From Perna viridis (taxonomy: Eukaryota): a stretch of DNA of 64,000 nucleotides. The DNA is taken from positions 26,318,995 through 26,382,994 of the forward strand of contig CM074523.1 in assembly GCA_037379345.1 (NCBI GenBank), in the 5' to 3' direction. The position numbers were made by a program, and so were the translations under genes. Under the pieces are notes generated by a model. It was not told the origin of the DNA, made no database searches, and saw only the letters and a list, made by a program, of their open reading frames with translations. Shown one piece after another: positions 1 to 12,400 of this stretch (its first letter is position 1; each line of letters starts with the position of its first letter).

Positions 1-1789
1 AAAAATGTTACGAAAAGCATGGAAATAGAAGATTTTGCATAGTGATACTGCGTTTACATTTCCCGGAAGTGAACAATAAAATGCAGACATCTAAAATTCC
101 AGAAAGAAAACTGAAACTAGAACGAGACTTACAAACCCTACAACAGTAAAAAAAAAGTGGCAAAATAACAGTAAGGGTAACTAAGGAGATCATAATGGTA
201 AACTAATCTTTGAAAACATGTAAACGTACGTTGATATTTTGAGTACAGTTTGTAAAATCTGTAATTCAGATTTCTATCAGCAGTTTGACAATAAGTTAAA
301 CTACACTAATGATTCTGACAACTGTACCCCAAAAGACATATATCAGCTGCCAGCACTGAAAAGGGGAGGCAAGATAGAAAAAATGGTGTTCAAGTATATT
401 AGTGTTTCTTCTTAACATCCAGAGGATCGTGTGAATAAGGAACACAATAAAAAAGGTAAAAAAAGTCCTGATCCTAGAGATGTGATAAAATTCTGTGCCA
501 TTCTTGATAATGACGATAAAAAACAGTTGCTGAATTTAAGGTCTTATGAATCACGCTAAAACACTGTAACGAAAACAGTATAAAAATAACCTCATATAAC
601 ACTAACAACAGAGAAAACTGGCATTTAATGGCTTATAGTAAACGGCATCCACACCCTCCTGAGAATATGCTGTGAAGACTGGGCATCTTTCTTCTGCATA
701 TATATTTGGGTAATAATACAGAGTGGATAAAGGAACACTTAGCACTATGTATCAATGAGTTACACTTACTCAGTAGGAATAGCAGGGTCATAATCATCCA
801 TTGTGTTCAAAAATACATATCAACGCGACCGCATGGTCAAGTTTCTTCCTTGTATACCAAATTTTGCGTAAATTATGGCTAAAATCTTTCTTCAATTTAA
901 GTGTAAGATAGTTTTCTTTGTAATTGTGAAGTTTGCAGAATGCGTTTAGTGGTAAACAATGTGTAAAATCAAAATAAACGTTTTCTAGTTTCGCTTCTTA
1001 TGATGTTGTTTCCCCAGCTTTGAGGCTCTCGCATGGCGTGGGGTCGTACCGGAAGTAGCATGTGCCTTTTGTTTTATTTAACTTAAATCAGTTTAACAGC
1101 TTTGAATGCGTAACTTTATTAGAATAAATTTATATCGCAAAATTAATATGATTAAACTTTCATTTATTATCTGTTTTTATTAATGATAAGAGATATATGC
1201 GCATAAGGGCTAATGCCTTCGCCCTGCAGGAGGCCCCTCGGACTTTGGTTAATCCGGGACTTTTCCCCTTTATTCGCAGTTTTTATATGCTTTTTCAACT
1301 CTGTCTGCTTGCACGCATTAAAGTACGTATATTTATGGTGTAAAGAAAAGACAAAGCGTAAAAATTAGTACTGAAATTTAATTTAAAATCCAACAAATCA
1401 AAAGACACCACATAAGTCGCAAATTTGACTTATGACCAACTTTAAATTCAATAAAGGCAAACCACAACGTACATACTACAATAAATAAATCCACTAGCTG
1501 ACATCTAGACTGTAACCCGAAGTGATGCACCCAATTTAAGAATAAAACGCCTCTATGTAGTTATATATATTTTTTTAAATCAAGGAATTTATGTACCATT
1601 TTTATATTCAATGTTCCATAAGTATATTTTAGCCAACAAATATACAAATTTCAATAGACAGTAAGCTACCGGAATGTTAAAATCAATTTAAGTAAAAAAA
1701 ATATTGATAAATTCGCAGTATATCTCTTTTCTATTTCATTTGTGGTTAATTTTCTCACAAAAAAGAAAAAAAAACGCCGTTTTAATAAC

Positions 1790-2165
1790 GTGAAAGAGTA
1801 ATCAAGGAACCAAGGTCATAGCGGTAATCAAAAGAATGTTATCCAGGGACAAAGACCAGACATGGAAAACAGACATGCAGAACAAAGAACATGAAGTATC
1901 TAAAATCATACATACAAAGTAACAAAAGCAAATGAGCAACTCGGACTCCACTGAGAACTGGGAGTATGAACCAGGGTCACCGGTAGGGTAATTAAGCGTC
2001 CTTTACTTTTCTAGAAACATCCGCCTAGTTGCTCATAAAAAGTCAAGTCATGGGTAGTCGAAAGAAGAAAGGAAAACTATGACACGTTGAAAAATCAGTT
2101 ATAATATATTTCGCGAATGAATACACCGTAACGATCCACGAGTTCGTGATGACGACCATGAAAAA
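1790..2165 (-). mobile_element. 3'-end fragment of the same Penelope-like family
   Basis: Reverse complement of the ...gagcaactcgg...ccgagttgctc...cttggttcccttgattac tail, plus the RT C-terminal remnant GRHHELVDRYGV. Confidence 0.8.
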
Positions 2166-3452
2166 AACATTTTTTTTATACATGTTATGATACGGTAATA
2201 CATGTACATGCATTTTTTAGGGCATTATGCTTTGGTATGCATTTACCTTCATGGCGCATTCACAATCAATTATCATTCCATTTTCCCACAAAAAATATAC
2301 ATCGCAACTTTAGTTTTGCATTATTTAACAGGCACGGGTAAAAAAAACGGGCAAGAAATTAAGATGCGATATTTAAAAAAAAATGGGTCTCTGCTAAAAA
2401 AATCATACAGTAGACTCTTTAATTGATATATCTAAAAGCCTGTTATGTACAGAACCACACTTATAAATAGGAGCTCATTTAATTACGACAGCAACATGAA
2501 AACACCTGCAAGACCAAGTGCTTCTTTAAAACTTTTATTATCCGGTATTGTTAGTGTTACATGTTTTTTTTCTACTATTTTGAAGAAAAAACACGGTTTA
2601 AAAGAATTAATACTATACTTTTTCGACATAGATAAGTGAATAGTTTCAATTTATATGAAGATGCATGCACGTACATGTATACTTTATAAAGTGTTTTGCA
2701 GCAGGAAACCCCAAATGTATTCATATTGAAATATTAAATAGGAGGTGCATGCATGATGTAATAAAGAATACGGAAAGTTTCGTCAAATTCTAAGAAACTG
2801 TTTAACAGGAGTTGCGGATTAGAACGGGGGACGGACACCATGATCACTGTATACATCAAGCTTTTGGGATATTAAAAGAACGGATATGGCGAACCGTAAC
2901 AAATGCACCAGCGTATAACCTAAATACAAATTAGTAAATACTTTCAAGATTCACCAAGTGTAAACACAATGGTACTTTAAGTATGCTCTACTACACAAGT
3001 TATAACATCCACGGCAACAGAACGATGACAATTTACAAGAACAAACTAATAAGTAACATAACGATAAAAATACACATTAATGACCAACATCGGGCTGCGG
3101 ACAGGCACATCAATTTGCAGTGGCCGTAAAACCACTCCCTTGAAATGTAAGGTCAAAAATGAGCTGAAACAACAAAAACACTACGAAGTTAAAGCAATAA
3201 TACATTCAATTCTCTCTATGGAATATCTCAACATGAAACGTATAGACAAAATGAGACAAGGCATGTTTTTTTTTGTCACATCTGTTACCCGCCCGTGGTT
3301 ATCACCATCCCTCGAGCCCCCAGACTCTCGGTCTCAATCAAGACCTAGACTGATAATAGATATATGATAACTCATGTTGTAATATACAAGTAATACCTTC
3401 GTGACCGAATTCAAGTAAGATAAGATCGACAAGGCATGATTTTATTGAAAAC

Positions 3453-6400
3453 ATGGGTCGCTTTATCGTATTTATTGTGTATTTAACCACAAAATCAACA
3501 TTTGCAGCCTACTGTAGCGGTAAGGTAAGAATTTCTGGGTGGCATAATTTTCCATATAATATGTATAATTCCACGATAATTTTTGTTTTACAGCATCTGA
3601 AAGTTATGAAAGACTTGACGTTTTAACCACATTACATACAAAGAAAAGTACCATTTAAATTATTTTTAAACCACAAAGTGGTAAAACGCATGAATGAAAC
3701 TGCTAACAAGATCTCAAATTGACTGATAAAAGCATCCCCCGGCTTTCATCGCGGAAGAACGCGTCCTTTTAAAGTGACATGGTTTTATTATATGCAAGAA
3801 ATTATAGTTTTTCGGAAGGATGGATCGAGCTTTTTTGACAAAAGCTTTATGCTACTTAAAATTTCATTCGCTAAAACTTGAAAATTACTCCAGGGTGTCA
3901 AGTATTCTGAACTCAAAAATGCTTTCACTAATTTTCGTGAAACTTTTAAGATTGTTTGGAAAAGGAACAGGATGTTCCAATTTTACCAACAAAAACTCAA
4001 TTTTCATGAAACTTTGGTTACCTGATTGTTTCTAATGATATACATGCACGCTCGCTTTTGCTTTTTGTAAATTTTTGAAATTTACATTTTTAATTTTTTG
4101 GGGCCTCTTGATGAATAAAATATGGGAAATTTTCCCTTTGGTTATTTATCATGTCAGATCCATGCCTTCCTTGTCACATATTTTGAACGATGAGTGTATT
4201 TTAGGGAAAGTTAATTTGAGGAATGTCTTCTAATTAAGCAGTACTTTCAATAATCATTGAGTTATCATAAATATTCATTTGAAGTGCTTGAATCAGTAAG
4301 TATCAGACAAAATGGAAAAAAAATAATGAAAAGACAGGAATTTGACAATGTGGGTCCATAGTTTATGGCCTAATGAAGACGAATTGACAGTGTCTGCCTT
4401 CACCTTAAAAGTATCAGAGGACGCAGAAAAGAGAGTTTAGTTACAGTAGAAGAATAGAGAGAAAGTGCAAATTTCAACCTCAAATTATTGACACTTGAAC
4501 AATTCTGAATTTCAGAAAACATTTTTAATACGATTTCGTGGAAAGACTTGTGTATTCTTTTTCACCATGATTCACCCACTGCCTGATTCTTACAGAGAAT
4601 AACACTTAAGTAAATAAAGATCAACATAAAGGAGTAAGTGTAACATGCACTGATGGCACAGCTCGATCTTTATTGTCTTTGTAGCCCGATCCCAATGCCA
4701 AACAGAATATGAACCCGATATACACCGCACCACCAACAAAAATCAAATCTGTGCAGAATGGTAACCTCTTCACTATAGGTCAACCCGGGGTCAGCCAGTT
4801 CTACATCGCTCATGTGTATGGTATGTCATTTACATAAGTGTCCGACTTTATATGTACATGTGTACCTATTTAAAAACAAGTACTATCATTAATAAAAGAA
4901 AACCGACTAAGTAAACTTTTGTTCCTTATACTTTATGGCAAGCCAAAGTGGAAAAAATGAGCATTTTCTAATATTAAAAATGTTACACAGGCAATATTAT
5001 TCTCGTGAATGTCATGTGAATTAAGCTTCACGTTAAATTCATGCGAACTTCAAATGAAATTAACGTGATTTTCATGGGAATCCCACTTACATGTATTTTG
5101 CGTGAAATTCGTGACACATTTTATTTGCTTAATTCAGGTGAATATCACGTCAAATGAATGTACAAAAGATGTAAAATAATTTTGAGTGCATGTATCATGA
5201 ATTATATTCTTTAGTAGACAATGCATTTCAGCAATTATTTTTAATGTGTTGCCATCTTTCCAGTTTTTATGTGAATCATGCAAAAATACAGTCAGTTTGT
5301 AATGAATTATTAAACGATTATATGATCGGGTGGTAAAATCTTTTTAAAGTGTCTTGTCATCTGCTCATATGTTGAAAGATGTAAAAACAACTCTTGCATG
5401 TAAATCTGCTCACTTACAGGAACACCATATGAGATGGGAAAGGCGCATGGTCAACTCATGGGGCAACGAGCTGTAAACATGATGGACAGTGTGTGGAAAT
5501 ATCTGGAAGACCAAGTGGTAGGCAGCAGAACATTTGTCGAAAAAAAAAAACACAACCAAAATGACACCCTACCCTCCAAAAAAAAAACAAACAAACAAAA
5601 AACAAACAAAAACAAAAACAAAAACAAAAACAAAACAAAAACACAAAAAAAGAGACTAAAGTTAGAAGGATGTTGATAAGTGCATTCAAAGAAAACTCGA
5701 AATACCAACCATTATTCTGGACCGGTAATTAGTATCGATTGATTGATTGATTGTGGTTTTCCGTCCTGCGGCAGATACTTGGTGCATTTCATGACGGGGA
5801 ATAGACGCTGTTCGAGCCATTCAGCCGTCATTCTCTCTCCGAGATACCGCGTGCTTGACGAATATTACAGTAGTGACTACATGTTTTAAAGTCTTTGGTG
5901 CGACTCGCCCAGGGATTGAACCCGTTCAAAGCGACCGCCACCAGGGCGGTGGACCATTTATAAGTTTTCTAGGAAATTAGTTGAACATGAAGTGAAAGAT
6001 TGAGATGATAAGAGACGAATACATATAAATAAAGGAAGTAGGGAGGAATTGGGTGCGTTTATTGACACAAAATGATGGGTTGGTAAACACTTTTGTTTGG
6101 CTGTTACATAGCGCAGTAAAACTATGTCATTGCTGATACGTTATAACATACCTGTGATGCATTGGTGCATTGTTAACGCATTGCTATACAAGTAAAGGAG
6201 ATGCTAACATAACAAACCAGTCCTATTTAGGAACATGTTTTGTTTACAGAAGTTCCGTACTCGTAAAACTGAAATAGAAATACTCAAGTTTAAAAATATT
6301 TAACTCTATGGCGACTCCGATCGAAGTCTTATGATCTTCTTGTCAGGCAAAAATTAAAGAAGATGCGAGTTTCCTATTACCCTACCCATCATATTTTTTC

Positions 6401-9400
6401 AGCTAATATAGTGTACCCTGAAGTTAGCAATTGTTCGGGGTCATTTTTCAATAATCACTGTTAAAGTTAGAATATTCCCTATATATAGACTCAATGTAAA
6501 TAGTAAAATAAAATAAATAAATCCCCACCTACCTACCCTACTTTTTCAAAGGTTTAATAGGAAACGCACATTTTATTTTTTGGCCTTATATGGAATTTTA
6601 CATGAAAGGTCTTCCGTTCCGTTCTAAGTTCATAAACGGTTTAGTCCTTTTCACAATTCCTTCTTCACAGACAGGCGCAATCAACAGCACGGTACACATA
6701 TTTAAGCCATGGTTTCTGAAGGATGTAGCTGATTTTGGGTAATTATGTTTTTCAAGCGTTAAGAGGGTATCCAAGCAAAAACAGGTAGTGGGTGGCACAT
6801 GACAAATTTTGTTTTCAATTTTTTCCCCACTATTTCATATCACAAATGCATCCTTCCCTAAAATTGAATGTTTTTTTTTTTTTTTATTTTCTGCTACGAT
6901 TAAAGAGGAATAAATTACATAGGACGCATCGAAATTCATTGAAAAATGGAGATAACTCTTTAATTTTAGCAAAATATGGTTGCTTTGTTAGGGACCATTT
7001 TTAGAGACATCCATTGTCGATTTAAAGAAACTATACGTATGAAATTTACATTATATTGGAACAAATAGTTCCTTAGGATAAAATTTACCCTGTGCCACCC
7101 AAATCATAGGATCTGCCTGATTTTTACATGGACAGCCTCTTAAAAGCTAGTAAAAAATCTCAAACGAAATTAACCGGAGAGAGACATCCTTAAATTAATA
7201 TGATAATCATATTGTCAGCAATGCATGAACGTTCAATTGTCTGTACCAAAAATAATTACTGTATCATAGCTGATGTTTCTAAGACCCATGACCATCGTTC
7301 AAGCAAGGATTTATATATAGTATATTTAACTCCTTGTTCCAAGTGTAAAAAAATATTCCATTTCCAATTACTTTGATCTTGAACTTGGACAAATCTCCAG
7401 CAAAACCACATGGCCTCTTTCTTACGTACAATAGCACACTTTCTGAATATAATCAAGTTTTGAAAAAATATGCATATCACACTAGTTGGTATAAGAACCA
7501 ACCGAAACGCGAATGCATTCCGATTTCGAGGAATGCTTGGAACCAGGAGTAAGGAGGTTATCAAATGAATATCAAGTACCATTCTGTGTAAGAATCAGGC
7601 AATGTGTGGCACATCATTTGTCTCAATTTGGTCTTTCATGCCTCAAATATATTTAATACATCTAGAAAACCAAAAATAGGTATTTAAATTTATCCTGCAG
7701 CATCAGTGAAATAGATATTTTTGACTGCTTGTATAGGGAAAAAAGTGCAGGAAAATTTTCCCGCCATTTTTTCATTGTGCATTTCAAATAAATTTGACCT
7801 ATCAATATATTAAAAAAAGCATTTTGATGGTTATTTGTAGAGGTTGTGAAGGATAATGCAATAAAATCTCTTCGTTTTTTTATCCAATTTACCTGATTTT
7901 GTGACCGAGAAATACTTAAAATCGTGATTAAATTATAGCCTAGATGCTGCTTTGGATCTGGAACTCGATATCACTGTGCGTTTTACTCGACCAGAATTCT
8001 ACGAAGAAGCCCAAGGACTTGCAGATGGATCAGGAGCTGATATAAAGGTGAGTTAATACCCGATGCATGACGAAAGAACATCTCATGCGACCACAACGTA
8101 TGCTGTTGGACAAAATTCCATGCACACATTATTTCTTCAAATTTATAGTAAACAAAAATGGTGCAACCTTTACATACATTCCCACAAAATTAATACAATT
8201 TTCTAAAAAGAGATTCATTTTACCACCCGACCCCTTTTTGTTTGAAAATGATGTTTATTTCATGCATTTGGGGGGGGGGGGCGGTGCCTTGGACTCTCCT
8301 TTCCTAAACCTCTGGATCCACGCCAAAGTAAATGTATTACATGGCTTTCAAAACAAAACTAAACTAGAAAACAATAATATTTAACACAAACTAAACAAAA
8401 CCATAGCGTGTAAACATAAAACAAATGTTCTTATCCTTTTTGCTATGGCATATTTTTGTGTCCCTAACGAAAATTAACTTTTTTACTATTCTAATACAAC
8501 ATATGTATTCTTAGTCCTGATCTTACGGTGTTTATTGAGAATAAAGAGTTCTATATTTACTTACATGTAGCTTCATGTCTCCAAAGCAAGGTTTTTTGCT
8601 TGAATGAAATTGGTAGCATAATTAAACAAGACACTTGGTTTGGTGATGCAAAATCTTTTTTTTTTCTTTAGTGAAAAAATCTTGAACGGTAGATATTAAC
8701 ATCAAATCACTAAACAATGTATAAAAATTTGACTGTTGTGTTACTTGGCACTGTGAATGATGTCAAATCACTATCGAACTTAGACTAACATGCGTGGTTT
8801 TCCAGTCGTTCCGGCCCCAAGTCGATCCGGCCTCATTTTAAAAGTCGTTCCGTACCCAAAAATAAAAAATATTTAATTTTACCAATTAGTCAATGAATTT
8901 AGATAAATTATTTGAGATTTTACCGAAGTCGCATATTTTTTTTATAAAGATTAGTCAACAAATGTGTATTCATAATGTTTCCGTCAAGAACCATAGACAT
9001 TGTTTTTGTAATGTTTTATCGCATTATTTCATAATTAAGAGCATTAATAAAGATTAAGAGAGTGCCGGAACGACTTTTCTGTTGTTGTATTCAGTTCTTT
9101 CATGATCATTCAACATCGTCTTGTTTCCAAGTGATACATATATATATGTATATATACAATAAAAAACTGGGGCCGGAACGACTTGCATCCCATGCGTGTA
9201 ATTATTGTATTCAACTGAAGCGACTGCTTAGATATTATCCACAATCCAGAGTCGAGATTTGCAAAATACCCCGACAGTCAAGGTGGGGGGTATAAACGTC
9301 GAATAGGCATTGTTTCTTTCTCATCATCCTATACAAAGACTTTGTATGTCACGTACGTGGAGAAGAGGCAGATACTACGACTCCATGTCTTTTCGTCCTT

Positions 9401-12400
9401 GATGCCTATTCATATGCCTATGGACGATAACGACTATATACGGTTATTGATACATCTTTTCATAGAAGAAAATGTCGTCACAGACCTAAACCATAGATTT
9501 GTGACATGCGGGAGTATTCCGAGTATCCGGACTTTCCGATAATGACGCACGTGATGCGGCAAATAAAAGTATAGGATATATATGTTTACATTATTTATTT
9601 ACAATTCCGATTGAGATTTATAAACTACCTTAAAACAGTAGCACTTGATTTTTTCTTACTGTACAATATGTACAAATATGTTCAGTAAAATATAAAAAAA
9701 ACTTAACAACATAACAATGGCCACCTCTCTAGCGACCAATTCTTTAAAACTTAAAAAAATAGTGGAGTTTATAATTCTTAGTTTGATAAAATGTCTCACA
9801 GAGATTAAAACTAGTTGCTTTCATGTTTTTCTAATGTTTGTTTTTGACAATGCAAATTTTTCATGTCCATTTAAAAGGCTATAAAAGTCATGACCCTATT
9901 GAAAGTTGGTTAAGATGGAGTCGAACACAATCTGTTTTGATGCTGCATGCGTGTGGGGGCCTTTGAGACCGCATGCACACTGTTGTCACATGGTGAATTC
10001 AACATATCTTTCGAATTTTGCAAATTCAAAATCTCAGCGTTTTCATGGCGTATCGTCTTTTCTCACCAGCAGTCCACGATTTTGATTTGATACGGAAGTG
10101 ACGCAAGTCGGCAGAATGATCAGAATGTAGCATGGGTGTGTATCCTATAGGGTCACACAATTCCTGAAATTAGTAAAATACTTTTATCAGATTTAAAGGT
10201 TACAAAAGATAAAATCAGAACAAGTCGCTGTCTAGATCATGAAGGGAAGCAACATTTGAAATCTGTTACTGATAACTAAAATATATAAATTTTCTCTGTA
10301 ATTGAATGATATCCAGTCCCTACAACTTAACTCTATTTATAACTGTAACTCAAACAAGTAACCAATCAGTTAGGGACAATTGTTGGAACATTATACAGAC
10401 AGATCGGGCATTTTCAAACAGAAGGGAGTGCACGCATTTCCTGCCAGAAATATTAGTGTCCACTCAGTATTTTTTGTCTTAATGTTTGGGAAAATTTTGC
10501 GAAAAGAGAATAGCGACTGGAGCATATTTTCTAATTCAGAATTTGTCTAGACTAGATTGTTACTGGTATTAACAGAATGAAGAATTAACCAACTGAATGA
10601 AACAGAATTATATGGTCAAGAAAAAAGAGAAATTTTATCGGATTTGTTCATTATGAATACCTTATGATTCTCAAAAAATGCCTTGTAACCTCCATGTAGA
10701 ATGTAGACTTCTGGGTAATTTAGTGCAGGATAATGCTCTTTGTTTTGCTCTCTGTCTTTCTGTCTTAAAAACCTGCACCTGTTCATAAACAGAAGAGTGG
10801 TTCATAAAGATTCAGGGTGGGGGCGTGCTGTGAATTGGGAGGGTGAAATATAATTATTTTTGTTTCTCCCCAGTGATGTTGTTGTGATTGAGACGTTGCT
10901 ACTCATTCCGCCATAGTTAAAAAGTTGGAATGCACAATCATGTGATCAGAAAGGAAATATGGCCCTAGTCATAAATATTTCTTGGTAGTGCCATACTTAA
11001 AGTTTTTTGTTCAAAATTACTTTCTTTTAAGGGCGTCTTTGTCCATAGTTGGAAGCTGAACACGTCGAAAGGCGTTAGCTTCCTCTCTTGCTAACCGCTG
11101 CAGACGGACCTTTCGAAATTCTCAGACGCTGTTTGACCGAAAGTGTCGCTTAAAATCATTCAGTTTCCCATTCATTGTAAGATTCTTGCATTTTCTGAAA
11201 GGGCTGTCAGCAGCTTCCACAGTAAGTCCCAAGAGTCAAACGCTGCTTGGCACTTGTAATGATCCGCGATTTTGTATGACTGTGGTTGCTTTTGTCTATC
11301 TCTTTGATCCAAAAACAGTTTTCCATATAATATTTCACTTACTATGTTAGATATGGATAGTGGGTATTTTCAACACATCCCTCTGTTACTATAATTACTA
11401 ATACTCACAGTTTTGGTGCTCTCTCTGAAGAAAATTCGCAATGGAAGACAAGTATATGTCGTTTATCTCCGACATGGGGAGTTGTTTGAGATGATAAAAG
11501 TTCTAAAATGCTTTCATGAGTATAACAATTTCCTGCACCCTGAAATCATATGATCATAAATTTCTTCATACTAATGTTATTTTATCTCAGCAACATTTCC
11601 AAGTACATGTATAAAATAGACCAAACTGGATTTACCCAATTGTTCATCCTGGATTGTTTTAAATCATACATCATCGTCATGCCTTTTTATTTAAAATTTT
11701 ATCCTATATTCCCCCATAAAGATATATGATTGCTCCCTTATGTTCTTATATACTTACCATTATGTGACCACCAATATATTCATATGGGTATCTGCAGTCG
11801 ATGACGTTGTAGCTGTCTATCACGTGATCATATTCTCCATTCAGCAACCCAGACATCTGAAAGAATTATAAGAGAAACGCGTTTGGTCAGTGAAAATGTT
11901 TAAAATTAACTAGTAATACTGTAAGCAACCCCCAAGAGAATACCCCTCTCTCCCCCAACCCACTTTAAGTAAACAGAACATCTTATTAAACCATTAAGTA
12001 GAGTTGTATTTGGAGGAGTATCTGGATAGACGAATGGACAGACGGACAGGCAGAGTGATTCTTATATGTAACCCAATACTTTGTTTGCGAAAGTATAATC
12101 AATGAAATATTCCAAATTTGAGCCGACAAAAATTATGGCACAGATGTGGGTAAATCCGGTAAATAAATAAAAATCATACTTTACTGTTGCATAATATAAT
12201 ACACACACATCTCAAGGATTAATAATTTTTCAAATGAAGCATGTTTCTAAACTGACATACCGTTTGTGATAAAATGCTTTTCAAGTCTGGATGTTGACCT
12301 TGAACTGTGGGTAAACAATACGTCCTAGACCCGTCAGCAATGAGGTCACGACATTCACTAAGCCGAGTGACCGCACTTTGTATTCCGCACATAGGACTGT

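Noticed and set aside
1-1060. Possible first exon of a minus-strand gene (MDDYDPAIPT, donor near 769; CCGGAAGT near 1050)
   Set aside because: The next candidate exon (about 590-693) has stops in all three frames and no recognisable domain, so I cannot support it.
5451-5708. Phe/Cys-rich and Lys-rich ORFs (also 22784-23144)
   Set aside because: They are translations of simple repeats in introns.
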